A DNA stretch of 64,000 nt, from assembly GCA_021155985.1 (NCBI GenBank), contig JAJNBA010000005.1, forward strand, positions 61,855 through 125,854. Reading direction: 5' to 3'. Positions within the stretch are counted from its first letter, which is position 1, and every line of letters begins with the position of its first letter. Below the pieces are notes generated by a model. That model searched no databases. It saw only the letters and a program-made list of their open reading frames with translations, and was not told the DNA's origin. This stretch comes from Actinomycetes bacterium. Lineage in GTDB: Bacteria; Actinomycetota; UBA4738; HRBIN12. Shown piece by piece: positions 20,618-29,693 of this stretch. The position numbers and the translations under genes were made by a program.

Positions 20618-22459
20618 GTGATCGAAGGGATCGAGCGAGCGCGCTGGGGGAGCCAGCGCACGAGGAAGCTCTGGTTCGAGATCCTGGTCGCGGTGGTCCT
20701 CCCCGCGGGGATCATCGCGGCGATCTACCTGGTCCCGTTCGTCGCCGACCCCTCGACGATGCCGTTCGGCGTCGACACGTCCACCTACATCTGGCGGACC
20801 AACGTGGTCCACGATCTCGGGATCGCGTCCCTCAACCCGGACGAGACGAACGCCCCCAAGCCGCTGGGCGATCGCCCCGGATACCCTCTCGTGCTGAGCC
20901 TCCTTCGATCGACGACGGGCCTCTCGTCCTTGTCGCTGATGTGGCTGGCGCCGGCTCTGTTCTCGGCCGCGCTGGGTCTGGCGACCGGCTCACTCGCCTC
21001 TGATGGGGCGCTGGAGCGACGTGCTCGCTCCGGTGCCATCGCCGTCGCGGTCGGTGGCTCGGCGTTCGTCGCATGGACCGCCGTCGGCTACGCCGCGAAT
21101 CTCGCTCTCGATGTGGTCGCGATGGCGGCCGCGGTCATGACGCTCGAGGTCGCCCGTGGTCGCCGCGGTGTCTGGGCCGGAGCCGTCCTCGTCGTCGGAG
21201 CGGTCCTCCTGCATTGGATGTTCGCGCTCCTGTTCGTCGCGATCCTCGCGGTGACGGCGGTCATCCGCTCCGTCCGCCTCGGTGATGAAGAGGATCGATC
21301 GCCACGCGTGGCCCTCGGCAGGCTCGCCAGGATGCTCGCGATCGGCACGGTGGTCGGCGTGATCGGTCTCCTGCTCCTGGCGCCGCAGCGCCCCTCACGT
21401 CTGCCCGAGGTCGATCCCGCCCGCCCGGGTCCGGCGGGGAGGGTCGAGTTGCGCCTCCCCGCCCTCGCCCTTCCGGTCACGATCCCGCTCGCCGCCCTCG
21501 GATCGGCACTCCTCGTCTCCGATCGGAGGCGCCGGAGTGCCGGGGTTCTCCTGGGCATCTGGGCGTCCCTCGGGGTCATCAGCATCGTGGCCTGGTTCCT
21601 CCTCGAGCTGCCACTCCCTCCCTACCGTTGGGCCGGATTCGCACTCGGGATCCCGATCGCGCTCGTGCTCGGAGCGTTCGCTGCCGGCGACCTCCTCGAA
21701 CGACGCGGTCGGCGCCTCCTCGCCTCCCTCGCCATCGCGGGAGCCCTGGCGGCGACGATCGGCCTCGTGGGAGCGGGCGCATCCGTGTGGTGGAGCCGAG
21801 AGCCGACCCTGGAAGCGGATGAGTTCGGGCAGCTCCGCACGCTCTCGTCCTACGTCGGATCGCTGCCGCCGCAGACGAGGATCGTGATCCTCATCGAGGC
21901 GTACCGGGAACGGGCTCCCTTCAACCGTGCGTGGACGGTGTTGCCGGCAGATCGACTGCGCTTCATCACGATGATCCCTGCGAGGATCGACGAGCACGCC
22001 CCCGATCTCGGACTCCCACCCGCCGCCCGCGAGCGGGCGGGGACCGTCGTGGTGTCTCTGGATGCCTACCGGGAACCGCCGGGCGTCGGACGCTCCCTCG
22101 GCCCGGGCGTCCACCTCATCTTCGGTCCCGATCCCGAGGGGATCCAGGTCGGACAGCCGCCACGGGCACCACCTCCGATCCATCTGGCCGCGTCGGTGGT
22201 GGTCCTCCTCGCACTCTTGGCCTTCAGCGGCGGGGGGTGGGCGTCCCTCACCGATCTGCCCGGTATCGGCGTCATGTCCGTGGCCCCGGCGTTCGGCGTG
22301 GGGATCCTGACATCGGTCGGGCTCCTGGCTAGCCGCGCCGGCGTCCCGCTCCACCCACCGTGGGGGACGGTCCTCGTCGCGGCCGTGGGGATCGCCGGGT
22401 GGGTGATGGCCTTCGTGCAACGAGGCCGCCCGCGTGTGGGCGAGGACCGGTCGGGCTAG
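20618..22459 (+). CDS. Large polytopic membrane protein, paralog of 8618..10522 (candidate GT-C-type glycosyltransferase)
   Basis: 613 aa, GTG start. Shared motifs with 8618..10522: TSTYIWRTNVV vs TPYYVWRTRAV, LHWMFALLFVA vs THWVFAALFLL, and C-terminal SVAPAFGVGILTSVGLLASRAG vs LAPAFGVAAIVLVGTAASRLG. Confidence 0.65.
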   Translation: MIEGIERARWGSQRTRKLWFEILVAVVLPAGIIAAIYLVPFVADPSTMPFGVDTSTYIWRTNVVHDLGIASLNPDETNAPKPLGDRPGYPLVLSLLRSTTGLSSLSLMWLAPALFSAALGLATGSLASDGALERRARSGAIAVAVGGSAFVAWTAVGYAANLALDVVAMAAAVMTLEVARGRRGVWAGAVLVVGAVLLHWMFALLFVAILAVTAVIRSVRLGDEEDRSPRVALGRLARMLAIGTVVGVIGLLLLAPQRPSRLPEVDPARPGPAGRVELRLPALALPVTIPLAALGSALLVSDRRRRSAGVLLGIWASLGVISIVAWFLLELPLPPYRWAGFALGIPIALVLGAFAAGDLLERRGRRLLASLAIAGALAATIGLVGAGASVWWSREPTLEADEFGQLRTLSSYVGSLPPQTRIVILIEAYRERAPFNRAWTVLPADRLRFITMIPARIDEHAPDLGLPPAARERAGTVVVSLDAYREPPGVGRSLGPGVHLIFGPDPEGIQVGQPPRAPPPIHLAASVVVLLALLAFSGGGWASLTDLPGIGVMSVAPAFGVGILTSVGLLASRAGVPLHPPWGTVLVAAVGIAGWVMAFVQRGRPRVGEDRSG

Positions 22460-23079
22460 GGCTCCAACTCCGCCCGTGCACCCTCTTGGTAGGAGTACCG
22501 CTCCTCGCCGAACGGCTCGGCGTGGATGTGATACCCGCGGACCTCCCAGAAGCCCCGCTTGTTCTCGTCGACGAACTCGAGCCCCGTGAGCCATTTCGCG
22601 CTCTTCCAGGCGTACCGCTTCGGCACGACGAGCCGGAGCGGCCACCCGTGCTCCGGCTCGAGATCCTGTCCCCCGTTCGCCCACGCGACCAGGACGTCCT
22701 CGTCGCTCATCGCCTCGAGGGAGAGGTTCGACGTGTAGCCGTACTCGCAGTGGGCGATCACCCACTTCGCCTCCGGCGTGGGCTTCACCAGCTCGAGCAG
22801 CGTCCGGAACGAGACCCCGTGCCAGGAGTTGTCCAGCGTCGTCCATCCGGTCACGCAGTGCATGTCGGCCGGCACGTCGGCGTTCGGCAGGGCGCGGAGC
22901 TCCTGGTAGGAGAGCGTCACGGGGTTCTCCACCAGTCCGGCGAGCTCCAGGTCCCAGTTCGTCCCGTCGAAGGTCGGGATCGGCCCGTAGTGCAGCACCG
23001 GCCAGGTCTTCACCAACCGCTGCCCCGGCGGGATGCGCGCGGCGATCTCCGGCGGATAGTTCTTCGAGAACAGGGCCAT
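22456..23079 (-). CDS. Molybdopterin-dependent oxidoreductase, sulfite-oxidase family (YuiH/MsrP-like, soluble)
   Basis: 207 aa from ATG 23079 (MALFSKNYPPE...). ATGA overlap with the ltaE stop. SO-family Moco-binding motifs (HCVTGWT, WHGVSF, RLVVP.RY..KW). Confidence 0.75.
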   Translation of the reverse strand: MALFSKNYPPEIAARIPPGQRLVKTWPVLHYGPIPTFDGTNWDLELAGLVENPVTLSYQELRALPNADVPADMHCVTGWTTLDNSWHGVSFRTLLELVKPTPEAKWVIAHCEYGYTSNLSLEAMSDEDVLVAWANGGQDLEPEHGWPLRLVVPKRYAWKSAKWLTGLEFVDENKRGFWEVRGYHIHAEPFGEERYSYQEGARAELEP

Positions 23080-24134
23080 CAGCGTCCTCTCTCCGACGCG
23101 AGCGCACGCCACGCATCCAGCGCGACCGCGACGCCGGTGTCGTCGATATCGAGGTGTGTGACCATCCGGATCTGCCCACCCGAATGCGTCACGCCCACCC
23201 CGAGGGCGGCCAGCCGCTCGATGGTCTCGAGCATCGGCATCCCCACGGCTTCGGTGTCGACGAAGACCATGTTCGTTTCAACCTGTTCGAGGTCGACGGA
23301 GCCGGGCAGCGTCTCGGCCACGCCCTCGGCGAGATGGCGGGCGCGTTCGTGGTCCTCGTGGAGGCGCTTCGGGCCCTCCTCGAGGGCGATCAGGCCGGCC
23401 GCGGCGACGATCCCGGCCTGACGCCAGGCGCCGCCGTACAGGATCTTCAGGCGCCGGGCCTCCCGCGCCATGTCCGCCGGCCCGCACAGGACGGAGCCGA
23501 TCGGAGCGCCGAGGCCCTTCGAGAGACAGAACATCACGGTGTCGACCTCGGCGGCGATCTCCGCCGCGTCGTTCTGGCCGGTCGCGGCCGCGTTGAAGAT
23601 CCGAGCCCCGTCGAGGTGGATCGGCACCCCCGCGTCGTTCGCCACCTTCCGAACCGCACGGAGCTCGTCGATCGGCATCACGCGTCCGCCGGCCCCCCCG
23701 ACCGTGTTCTCCACGGACAGGAGGTCGATCACCTCGACGTCGTAGAACTCGTCGGGTTCGAGGAGCTGTGCAGCCTGCTCGGCATCGATCCAGCCACGTG
23801 GGCCGGGATCGATGGTGCGGTAGGCGATGCCTGCCAACGCCGCTGCCGTCATCACCTCGACGCTGGTGACGTGCAGGCCGGCCGCCGCCGCGACGAGGTG
23901 TCCGGGTCCTTCGAAGTGCAGTCGCAGCCCGATCTGGTTCGCCATCGTCCCGGTGGGCACGAACGCGCTGGCTTCCTTGCCGACGGCTTCCGCGCAGCGC
24001 TCCTGGAGCAGGTTCACGGTCGGGTCGTCGTCGTACCAGTCGTCGCCGACCTCGGCCTCGGCCATCGCGCGACGCATCGCCTCGGACGGCTTCGTGACCG
24101 TGTCCGAACGGAGGTCGACCCGGAAGGAGCTCAT
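23079..24134 (-). CDS. ltaE: Low-specificity L-threonine aldolase
   Basis: 351 aa. LRSDTVTKPS N-terminus, PLP-lysine region FCLSKGLGAPIGS. Strong threonine-aldolase similarity. Confidence 0.85.
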   Translation of the reverse strand: MSSFRVDLRSDTVTKPSEAMRRAMAEAEVGDDWYDDDPTVNLLQERCAEAVGKEASAFVPTGTMANQIGLRLHFEGPGHLVAAAAGLHVTSVEVMTAAALAGIAYRTIDPGPRGWIDAEQAAQLLEPDEFYDVEVIDLLSVENTVGGAGGRVMPIDELRAVRKVANDAGVPIHLDGARIFNAAATGQNDAAEIAAEVDTVMFCLSKGLGAPIGSVLCGPADMAREARRLKILYGGAWRQAGIVAAAGLIALEEGPKRLHEDHERARHLAEGVAETLPGSVDLEQVETNMVFVDTEAVGMPMLETIERLAALGVGVTHSGGQIRMVTHLDIDDTGVAVALDAWRALASERGR

Positions 24135-24183
24135 GGCCGCCGAGTGTATCGGCGGTGCTCAGGCGCCGTCGGCGCGGCCGACC

Positions 24184-25332
24184 TCAGTAGAGGAACATCG
24201 GCTTGCCGTCGACGTGGCGGATCTTCGGGCGATACTCGTCGGCGTCGTAGAGCGCGTCCACGTCGGCTCTCTTGACGCCCTGGCGGACGACCTCGAGCGG
24301 CACGTTCACGTAGCTGCCGTTCCGGAGCGCCACGAGTCGTCCGTGCGTTCCCTCGAGCAACAGATCCGCCGCCATCACCGCGTAGTTGATCGCCACCATC
24401 AGGTCGAGCGAGTCCGGCTGGCCCGAGCGCATCAGATAGCCGATCTGCTGGTAGATGATCCCCTCGCCGGTGATCTCCTTCAGGGCCTCGCCGGTCTGCG
24501 CGCCGATCCCGCCGAGCTTGCGATGGCCGTACGCGTCCGCGGTGCCGCCCATCACCATCTCGCCGCCGACGAAATGCGCGCCCTCCGAGATCGTGGTCAT
24601 CGCGTACCGCGACGGGTTCTTCCTCTTGTCGTCCATCAGGAACGTGGCGAGCTTCTCGACGTCGAACGGGACCTCGCTGATGATGGCGCGGTCCATCCCC
24701 GAGAGGTAGGCGGATACCAGCGAGGTCTCACCGCTGTACCGGCCGAACACCTCGACGACCGCCAGCCGCTCGTGCGACCCGGCGCTCGTGCGGAGCTGGT
24801 GGATGAAGATCACCGTGCGGGTGACCGCCGTGGAGAAGCCGATGCAGTAGTCGGTGCCGTGGACGTCGTTGTCCATCGTCTTCGGGACGGCCACCACGGG
24901 CACGCCCTCGTCGTGGAGCCGGAGCGCGAACGAGAGCGTGTCGTCGCCGCCGATCGGGATCATCGCGTCGATCCCGAGGTGGTCGAGCACCTTCATCACG
25001 TGGGACGTGTGGTCCCTGGCCTCGTCGTTGACTCGACCGGCCTTCAGGAAGTCGGGCTCGTCCGCGGCGCGGACCTTCGCCGGGTTCGTCCGCGACGTGT
25101 GCAGGATCGTGCCCCCGGTCCGGTCGATCGTTCGGACCACGTCGGGATCGAGCCGGACCGTGTGGGTGGCCGTGGAGGCCGGGTCGTCGGGGTCGAGTTC
25201 CAGCATGCCCCCCCAGCCGCGACGGATGCCGACGACATCGTGGCCCTCCTGGACGGCCCGGGTCGTCGCGGCCTTGATGCACGCGTTCAGGCCGGGGACG
25301 TCGCCGCCTCCCGTGAGGATGCCGATGCGCAT
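24184..25332 (-). CDS. 6-phosphofructokinase, long group-III form with PPi-type signature residues (GGDDT, PKTMDND)
   Basis: 382 aa. [41 protein letters not shown]. Confidence 0.85.
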   Translation of the reverse strand: MRIGILTGGGDVPGLNACIKAATTRAVQEGHDVVGIRRGWGGMLELDPDDPASTATHTVRLDPDVVRTIDRTGGTILHTSRTNPAKVRAADEPDFLKAGRVNDEARDHTSHVMKVLDHLGIDAMIPIGGDDTLSFALRLHDEGVPVVAVPKTMDNDVHGTDYCIGFSTAVTRTVIFIHQLRTSAGSHERLAVVEVFGRYSGETSLVSAYLSGMDRAIISEVPFDVEKLATFLMDDKRKNPSRYAMTTISEGAHFVGGEMVMGGTADAYGHRKLGGIGAQTGEALKEITGEGIIYQQIGYLMRSGQPDSLDLMVAINYAVMAADLLLEGTHGRLVALRNGSYVNVPLEVVRQGVKRADVDALYDADEYRPKIRHVDGKPMFLY

Positions 25333-25362
25333 GCGTCGACCCTACAACCGGCCCGCGTCGAC

Positions 25363-26391
25363 CTACCCGAAGAAGACCTCGGCCTCCCGATACAGCTCCA
25401 CCGGGACCAGGTTGCGCTCCGACACCGCCTCGGTGATCGGCACGTCGCGGATGTCCTGGGCCTTCCGCGCGACCATCCGGCCCCAGCCGCCCGCGGCCGC
25501 CAGGTCGGCGGCGGCGACACCGAACCGGGTGGCGAGGACCCGGTCGAACGAGACCGGCGTGCCTCCCCGCTGGACGTGGCCGAGGATCGTGACGCGCGTC
25601 TGGAACCCGGTCCGTTTCTCGATCTCGGGTGCCAGATGATTCGCGAGGCCGCCGAGCCTCGGGAAGCCGTTCTCGTCGAATGGGGCCTCCGGGAGCTCCA
25701 GCGTTCCGTCTGCAGGCACCGCACCCTCGGCGACCACCACGATCGAGAACGAGCTGCGGCTGGCGTGACGGTGGCGCAGGTGGTCGCAGATCCCGTCGAT
25801 GTCGAAGGGCTGCTCGGGGATCAGGATCGTGTCGGCTCCCCCGGCCATCCCCGCGTAGACGGCGATCCAGCCGGCGTACCGGCCCATGACCTCGACCAGC
25901 ATCACCCGGTCGTGGCTCTCCGCGGTGGTGTGGAGCCGATCGATCGCGTCCGTGGCGACCTGGACCGCCGTGTGGAACCCGACCGTGACGTCGGTCCCCG
26001 CGAGGTCGTTGTCGATCGTCTTCGGGATCCCCACGATGCGCACGCCCTCGTCCGCGAGCCGGACCGCGGCGCCGAGCGTCCCCTCGCCGCCGATCACGAT
26101 CAACCCGTCCAGCTCGTGCTCGGCGATGGTCGCGACGACGGTGGCGGGACCATCCTCGTGGCGGTAGGGGTTCGCGCCAGAGGAGCCGAGGATCGTCCCC
26201 CCGCGCGGCAAGATGCCGGTCGTGTCGGCGATCCCGAGCGGCTGGGTCGCGCCGTCGAGGACGCCACGCCACCCGTCCTGGAACCCAACGAACGCCATGC
26301 CGTGGAACCGGATGCCGCGGCGGACCACCGCCCGGATCACGGCGTTCAGTCCCGGGCAATCGCCTCCGCCGGTGAGGATCCCGAGGCGCAT
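25363..26391 (-). CDS. pfkA: 6-phosphofructokinase, actinobacterial ATP-type signature (GGEGT, PKTIDND)
   Basis: 342 aa. [41 protein letters not shown]. Tandem with the paralog at 24184..25332. Confidence 0.85.
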   Translation of the reverse strand: MRLGILTGGGDCPGLNAVIRAVVRRGIRFHGMAFVGFQDGWRGVLDGATQPLGIADTTGILPRGGTILGSSGANPYRHEDGPATVVATIAEHELDGLIVIGGEGTLGAAVRLADEGVRIVGIPKTIDNDLAGTDVTVGFHTAVQVATDAIDRLHTTAESHDRVMLVEVMGRYAGWIAVYAGMAGGADTILIPEQPFDIDGICDHLRHRHASRSSFSIVVVAEGAVPADGTLELPEAPFDENGFPRLGGLANHLAPEIEKRTGFQTRVTILGHVQRGGTPVSFDRVLATRFGVAAADLAAAGGWGRMVARKAQDIRDVPITEAVSERNLVPVELYREAEVFFG

Positions 26392-26443
26392 CGCGCCACC
26401 CTACCGAAGCGTTCCCCCGAACCCCCGCCGGTAGGATGCACAC

Positions 26444-26590
26444 GTGCTCGCGATCAACGGGTTCCTCGAGTGGTTCTTCCTCGGGCTGCTGTCCCTCCTG
26501 GTGGTGGCGGTCACCCTCTTCGGGTTGTACATGGCGCTCCAGCTCTTCAGGAACCCCGGGCGCTCGCCCCGTCCTCCCGGCTCGCTGTGA
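26444..26590 (+). CDS. Possible small hydrophobic protein (48 aa)
   Basis: GTG-initiated ORF VLAINGFLEWFFLGLLSLLVVAVTLFGLYMALQLF..., a single TM helix with high GC3. Below the track's length cutoff. Overlaps the 3' end of the EEP gene. Confidence 0.3.
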   Translation: MLAINGFLEWFFLGLLSLLVVAVTLFGLYMALQLFRNPGRSPRPPGSL

Positions 26591-27251
26591 GCCCGAGGTC
26601 CGCCACGACCATCAGATGGTCGGAGGCGGTGCCCCCCGCGGTCCACGCGCGGAGCGGCCGGAACGCTCGCCCCGCGAACAGGTAGTCGATCCGCGCCGTG
26701 GGCGCGTGGGAGGGATACGTCGCGCCGGAGCCCTCGCCCGCGGCCTCCCAACAGTCCGGGGCGAGGCCGGCGAGCGACGACGGACCAGGCTGGCCCGGGA
26801 GGGCGTTCAGGTCTCCCCCCACGACGAAGGTGGCGGCCGATCCCTCGAGCATCGCCAACAGCTGTTCGACGTGCTGCGCGCGTTCGCTCCTGTCCAAGCC
26901 GAGATGCACCGACAGCACGGAGAGGCGGGGGTCGGCGTCGGCGAGCATCGCACCTCGCGGATACAGGAGGGAGCCCCCCGAGAACCGACGGAGACGGTGG
27001 GAGACCGTGGCGGCCAGCCCTCGCCGGATGAGGACCGCGTTCTGGATCCTTCGGCGTGGGAACGCCCATGGGTCGGCACACACCAGCATGCCGAGGCGCT
27101 CGCCGACGGTCCGGAGGCGCCGGCGAGGACCGGACTCCTGCAGCAGCACGATGTCGGTCTGCTCGGCCCGGATCACGTGAGCGATCTCGTCCACGCCGGC
27201 GCGCATCCCGTGGACGTTCCAGGTGCCGACGCGGAGCGTGTCGCCGTTCAC
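26547..27251 (-). CDS. Endonuclease/exonuclease/phosphatase (EEP) family protein
   Basis: 234 aa with EEP motifs (VGTWNVHG, VLLQE, GGDLN, SDH). Confidence 0.8.
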   Translation of the reverse strand: MNGDTLRVGTWNVHGMRAGVDEIAHVIRAEQTDIVLLQESGPRRRLRTVGERLGMLVCADPWAFPRRRIQNAVLIRRGLAATVSHRLRRFSGGSLLYPRGAMLADADPRLSVLSVHLGLDRSERAQHVEQLLAMLEGSAATFVVGGDLNALPGQPGPSSLAGLAPDCWEAAGEGSGATYPSHAPTARIDYLFAGRAFRPLRAWTAGGTASDHLMVVADLGLTASREDGASARGS

Positions 27252-28186
27252 GACGGGACGATCTCGGTGCCCGCCTCGCCGCGGAGCACCGCCGGCGCCT
27301 CGTCGAGGTCACCGATCATCACGCGGGTCCCGCCGGCCTCGAGGAAGTCGATCGCGGCCTGGACCTTCGGTCCCATCGAGCCGGCGCCGAACTCCCCACG
27401 TTTCAGCAGGTCCGCGGCCTCGTCGGCGGTCATGCGATCGATCGCGTCCGGATAGAGCGTGCCGAACCCTCGCTGGACCTTCTGCACGTCGGTGAGGATC
27501 AGCAGCGTGCTCGCCTCCACCTCGGCGGCGAGGATCGCGGCCGCCAGGTCCTTGTCGACCACGCCTTCCTTGCCGATCAGACGTGGCCCCTTCTCGATCA
27601 CGGGTACCCCTCCCCCACCGCCGGCGATCACGATCACCCCGTCGGCGACCAATCGCTTCACGATCGGCGTCTCGACGATCGAGTAGGGACGCGGGGACGG
27701 CACGACCCGACGCCACCCACCGTGCGGGTCCTCCTTCATCACCCAGTGGCGTTGCTCCTCGAGCCTGTGTGCCTGGGCCGCGGTGTAGAAGGGACCGATG
27801 AACTTCGATGGCTTCCGGAAGGCCGGGTCCTGCGGTCGGACCCGCGTCAGCGTGAGCACCGTGGCGACCGGGCGCTCCATCCCTCGCTCGAAGAAGACGT
27901 CGCCGATCGTCACCTGGAGCAGGTAGCCGATCAGCCCCTGACTCTCGGCGCCACAGACGTCCAGTGGCATCGGGGACACCGTCTTGGCCGCGGCCTCCTG
28001 CTGGATCAGGATGCGTCCCACCTGCGGGCCGTTGCCGTGCGTGACGACGACCTCCCACCCCTCGGCAGCGATCTCGGCGATCCGCTCCGCGGCGGTGCGG
28101 GCCGCCCGATACAGCTCCTCGAACGTGTCGTCGGCACCGCGTCGGAGCAGCGCGTTGCCGCCGAGCGCGACGACGACGCGTTCCAT
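27248..28186 (-). CDS. arcC: Carbamate kinase
   Basis: 312 aa of amino-acid-kinase fold with canonical carbamate kinase motifs (VVALGGNAL, VVTHGNGPQVG, AGGGGGVPV). 4-nt overlap with the downstream gene. Confidence 0.85.
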   Translation of the reverse strand: MERVVVALGGNALLRRGADDTFEELYRAARTAAERIAEIAAEGWEVVVTHGNGPQVGRILIQQEAAAKTVSPMPLDVCGAESQGLIGYLLQVTIGDVFFERGMERPVATVLTLTRVRPQDPAFRKPSKFIGPFYTAAQAHRLEEQRHWVMKEDPHGGWRRVVPSPRPYSIVETPIVKRLVADGVIVIAGGGGGVPVIEKGPRLIGKEGVVDKDLAAAILAAEVEASTLLILTDVQKVQRGFGTLYPDAIDRMTADEAADLLKRGEFGAGSMGPKVQAAIDFLEAGGTRVMIGDLDEAPAVLRGEAGTEIVPS

Positions 28187-28229
28187 GTTCGGCGGCTCCC
28201 TTCACCTGCTTCGCTCGGGGCGGAGTCTG

Positions 28230-29540
28230 TTACACGACCGGCCGCAGCACGTCGAGCAGCTGCGGCGATTCCGGAAGCACGTCGAGGTCGTACCGCACCC
28301 GAACGGCGGGCTTGCGGATGTCGATCACATGACGGAGGTCGATCGGCGTCCCGATCACCACCAGGTCGGCGTTCGCTGCGTCGATGATCTTCGCCATCTC
28401 GTCGAGCTGACCCTGGCTGTAGCCCATCGCGGGCAGGACCGCTCCCACGTCGTATCTCTCGAACGTCTCGGCGATCGTCCCCACCGCCCACGGCCGCGGA
28501 TCCACGATCTCGGCGGCGCCGGAGCGCTGCGCCGCCACCACACCGGCGCCGATCTTCATCTCCCCGTGCGTGAGCGTCGGACCGTCCTCGACCACGAGCA
28601 CCCGTTTCCCGGCGATCGCAGCGGGATCGTCCACCGTCACCCTCGAGTTGGCCTTCACCACGGTGGCCATCGGATTCGTCTGCGCGATCGTCTCCTCGAG
28701 CCGCGCGACCTGTTCCGGCGTCGATGAATCCATCTTGTTGATCAGGATCACGTCGGCCCGGCGGAGGTTGGCCTCGCCGGGGTGATACCTCGTCTCGTGG
28801 CCCACCCGGAGAGGATCGACGAGCGCGATGTGAACGTCCGGCAGGTAGAAGGGAAGATCGTTGTTCCCTCCGTCCCACAGGAGCACGTCGCCCTCGGACT
28901 GTGCCTGCTCGAGGATCGCGGCGTAGTCGACGCCCGCGTAGATCACGGTTCCCGTGGTGATGTGTGGCTCGTACTCCTCACGCTCCTCGATCGTGCAGTG
29001 GTGGCGATCGAGATCCTCGAGCTCCGCGAACCGTTGGACGCGCTGCGCCGTGAGGTCGCCGTACGGCATCGGATGGCGCACCGCGACCACCTTCTTGCCG
29101 GCCTCCTTCAGGGTCGCTGCGACCGCGCGGGTCGTCTGCGACTTCCCGACGCCGGTGCGGACGGCCGTCACGGCCACGGTGGGGATGGCAGGCTTCAGCA
29201 TCGTGGCGTCCGGCCCCAGCAGCAGGAAGTTCGCTCCGGCCGCGAGCGCCTCGCTCGCCTTGTGCATGACGTGCTCGTGCGAGACGTCGGAGTAGGCGAA
29301 CACCACGTCGTCCACCTTGAGCTGGCGGATCAGCCGTGAGAGCTCGTCCTCCTCGTGGATCCGGATCCCGTCCGGGTAGCGCTCCCCGGCGAGCTTCGCG
29401 GGATAGGTCCGGTCGTCGATGTACGGGATCTGCGTCGCGGTGAACGCGACGACCTCGGTGGAGGGGTCGTCGCGGAAGACGACGTTGAAATTGTGGAAGT
29501 CGCGGCCGGCGGCTCCCATGATCAGGACACGACGCGACAT
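28230..29540 (-). CDS. P-loop protein of the cyclic-2,3-diphosphoglycerate-synthetase-like family (assignment from recollection)
   Basis: 436 aa. N-terminal MSRRVLIMGAAGRDFHNFN and Walker-A GVGKSQT. Overall size and architecture match my recollection of cPGS homologs. No other family fits better from sequence alone. Confidence 0.5.
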   Translation of the reverse strand: MSRRVLIMGAAGRDFHNFNVVFRDDPSTEVVAFTATQIPYIDDRTYPAKLAGERYPDGIRIHEEDELSRLIRQLKVDDVVFAYSDVSHEHVMHKASEALAAGANFLLLGPDATMLKPAIPTVAVTAVRTGVGKSQTTRAVAATLKEAGKKVVAVRHPMPYGDLTAQRVQRFAELEDLDRHHCTIEEREEYEPHITTGTVIYAGVDYAAILEQAQSEGDVLLWDGGNNDLPFYLPDVHIALVDPLRVGHETRYHPGEANLRRADVILINKMDSSTPEQVARLEETIAQTNPMATVVKANSRVTVDDPAAIAGKRVLVVEDGPTLTHGEMKIGAGVVAAQRSGAAEIVDPRPWAVGTIAETFERYDVGAVLPAMGYSQGQLDEMAKIIDAANADLVVIGTPIDLRHVIDIRKPAVRVRYDLDVLPESPQLLDVLRPVV

Positions 29541-29693
29541 GCCGAGGTCCTTTCAGGAGAGGGTGGTGTGATGCGCGGGCAGATGCGCGAGGCGCCCGCT
29601 CTTCGGGAACGACTGTAGTCCAACGCGGGCCCGGACGACCTGGCCTAGACTCCTGCCCTCGTGGAGGAGGAACGGCCGGAGACAGGATCACCG

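Noticed and set aside
23827-26685. 952-aa plus-strand ORF and 571-aa minus ORF (24728..26443) overlapping both PFK genes.
   Set aside because: Shadow ORFs of the PFK coding frames; their translations are dominated by R, G, D and P.
27056-28387. 443-aa plus-strand ORF over carbamate kinase.
   Set aside because: Antisense shadow of arcC with Arg-rich composition.
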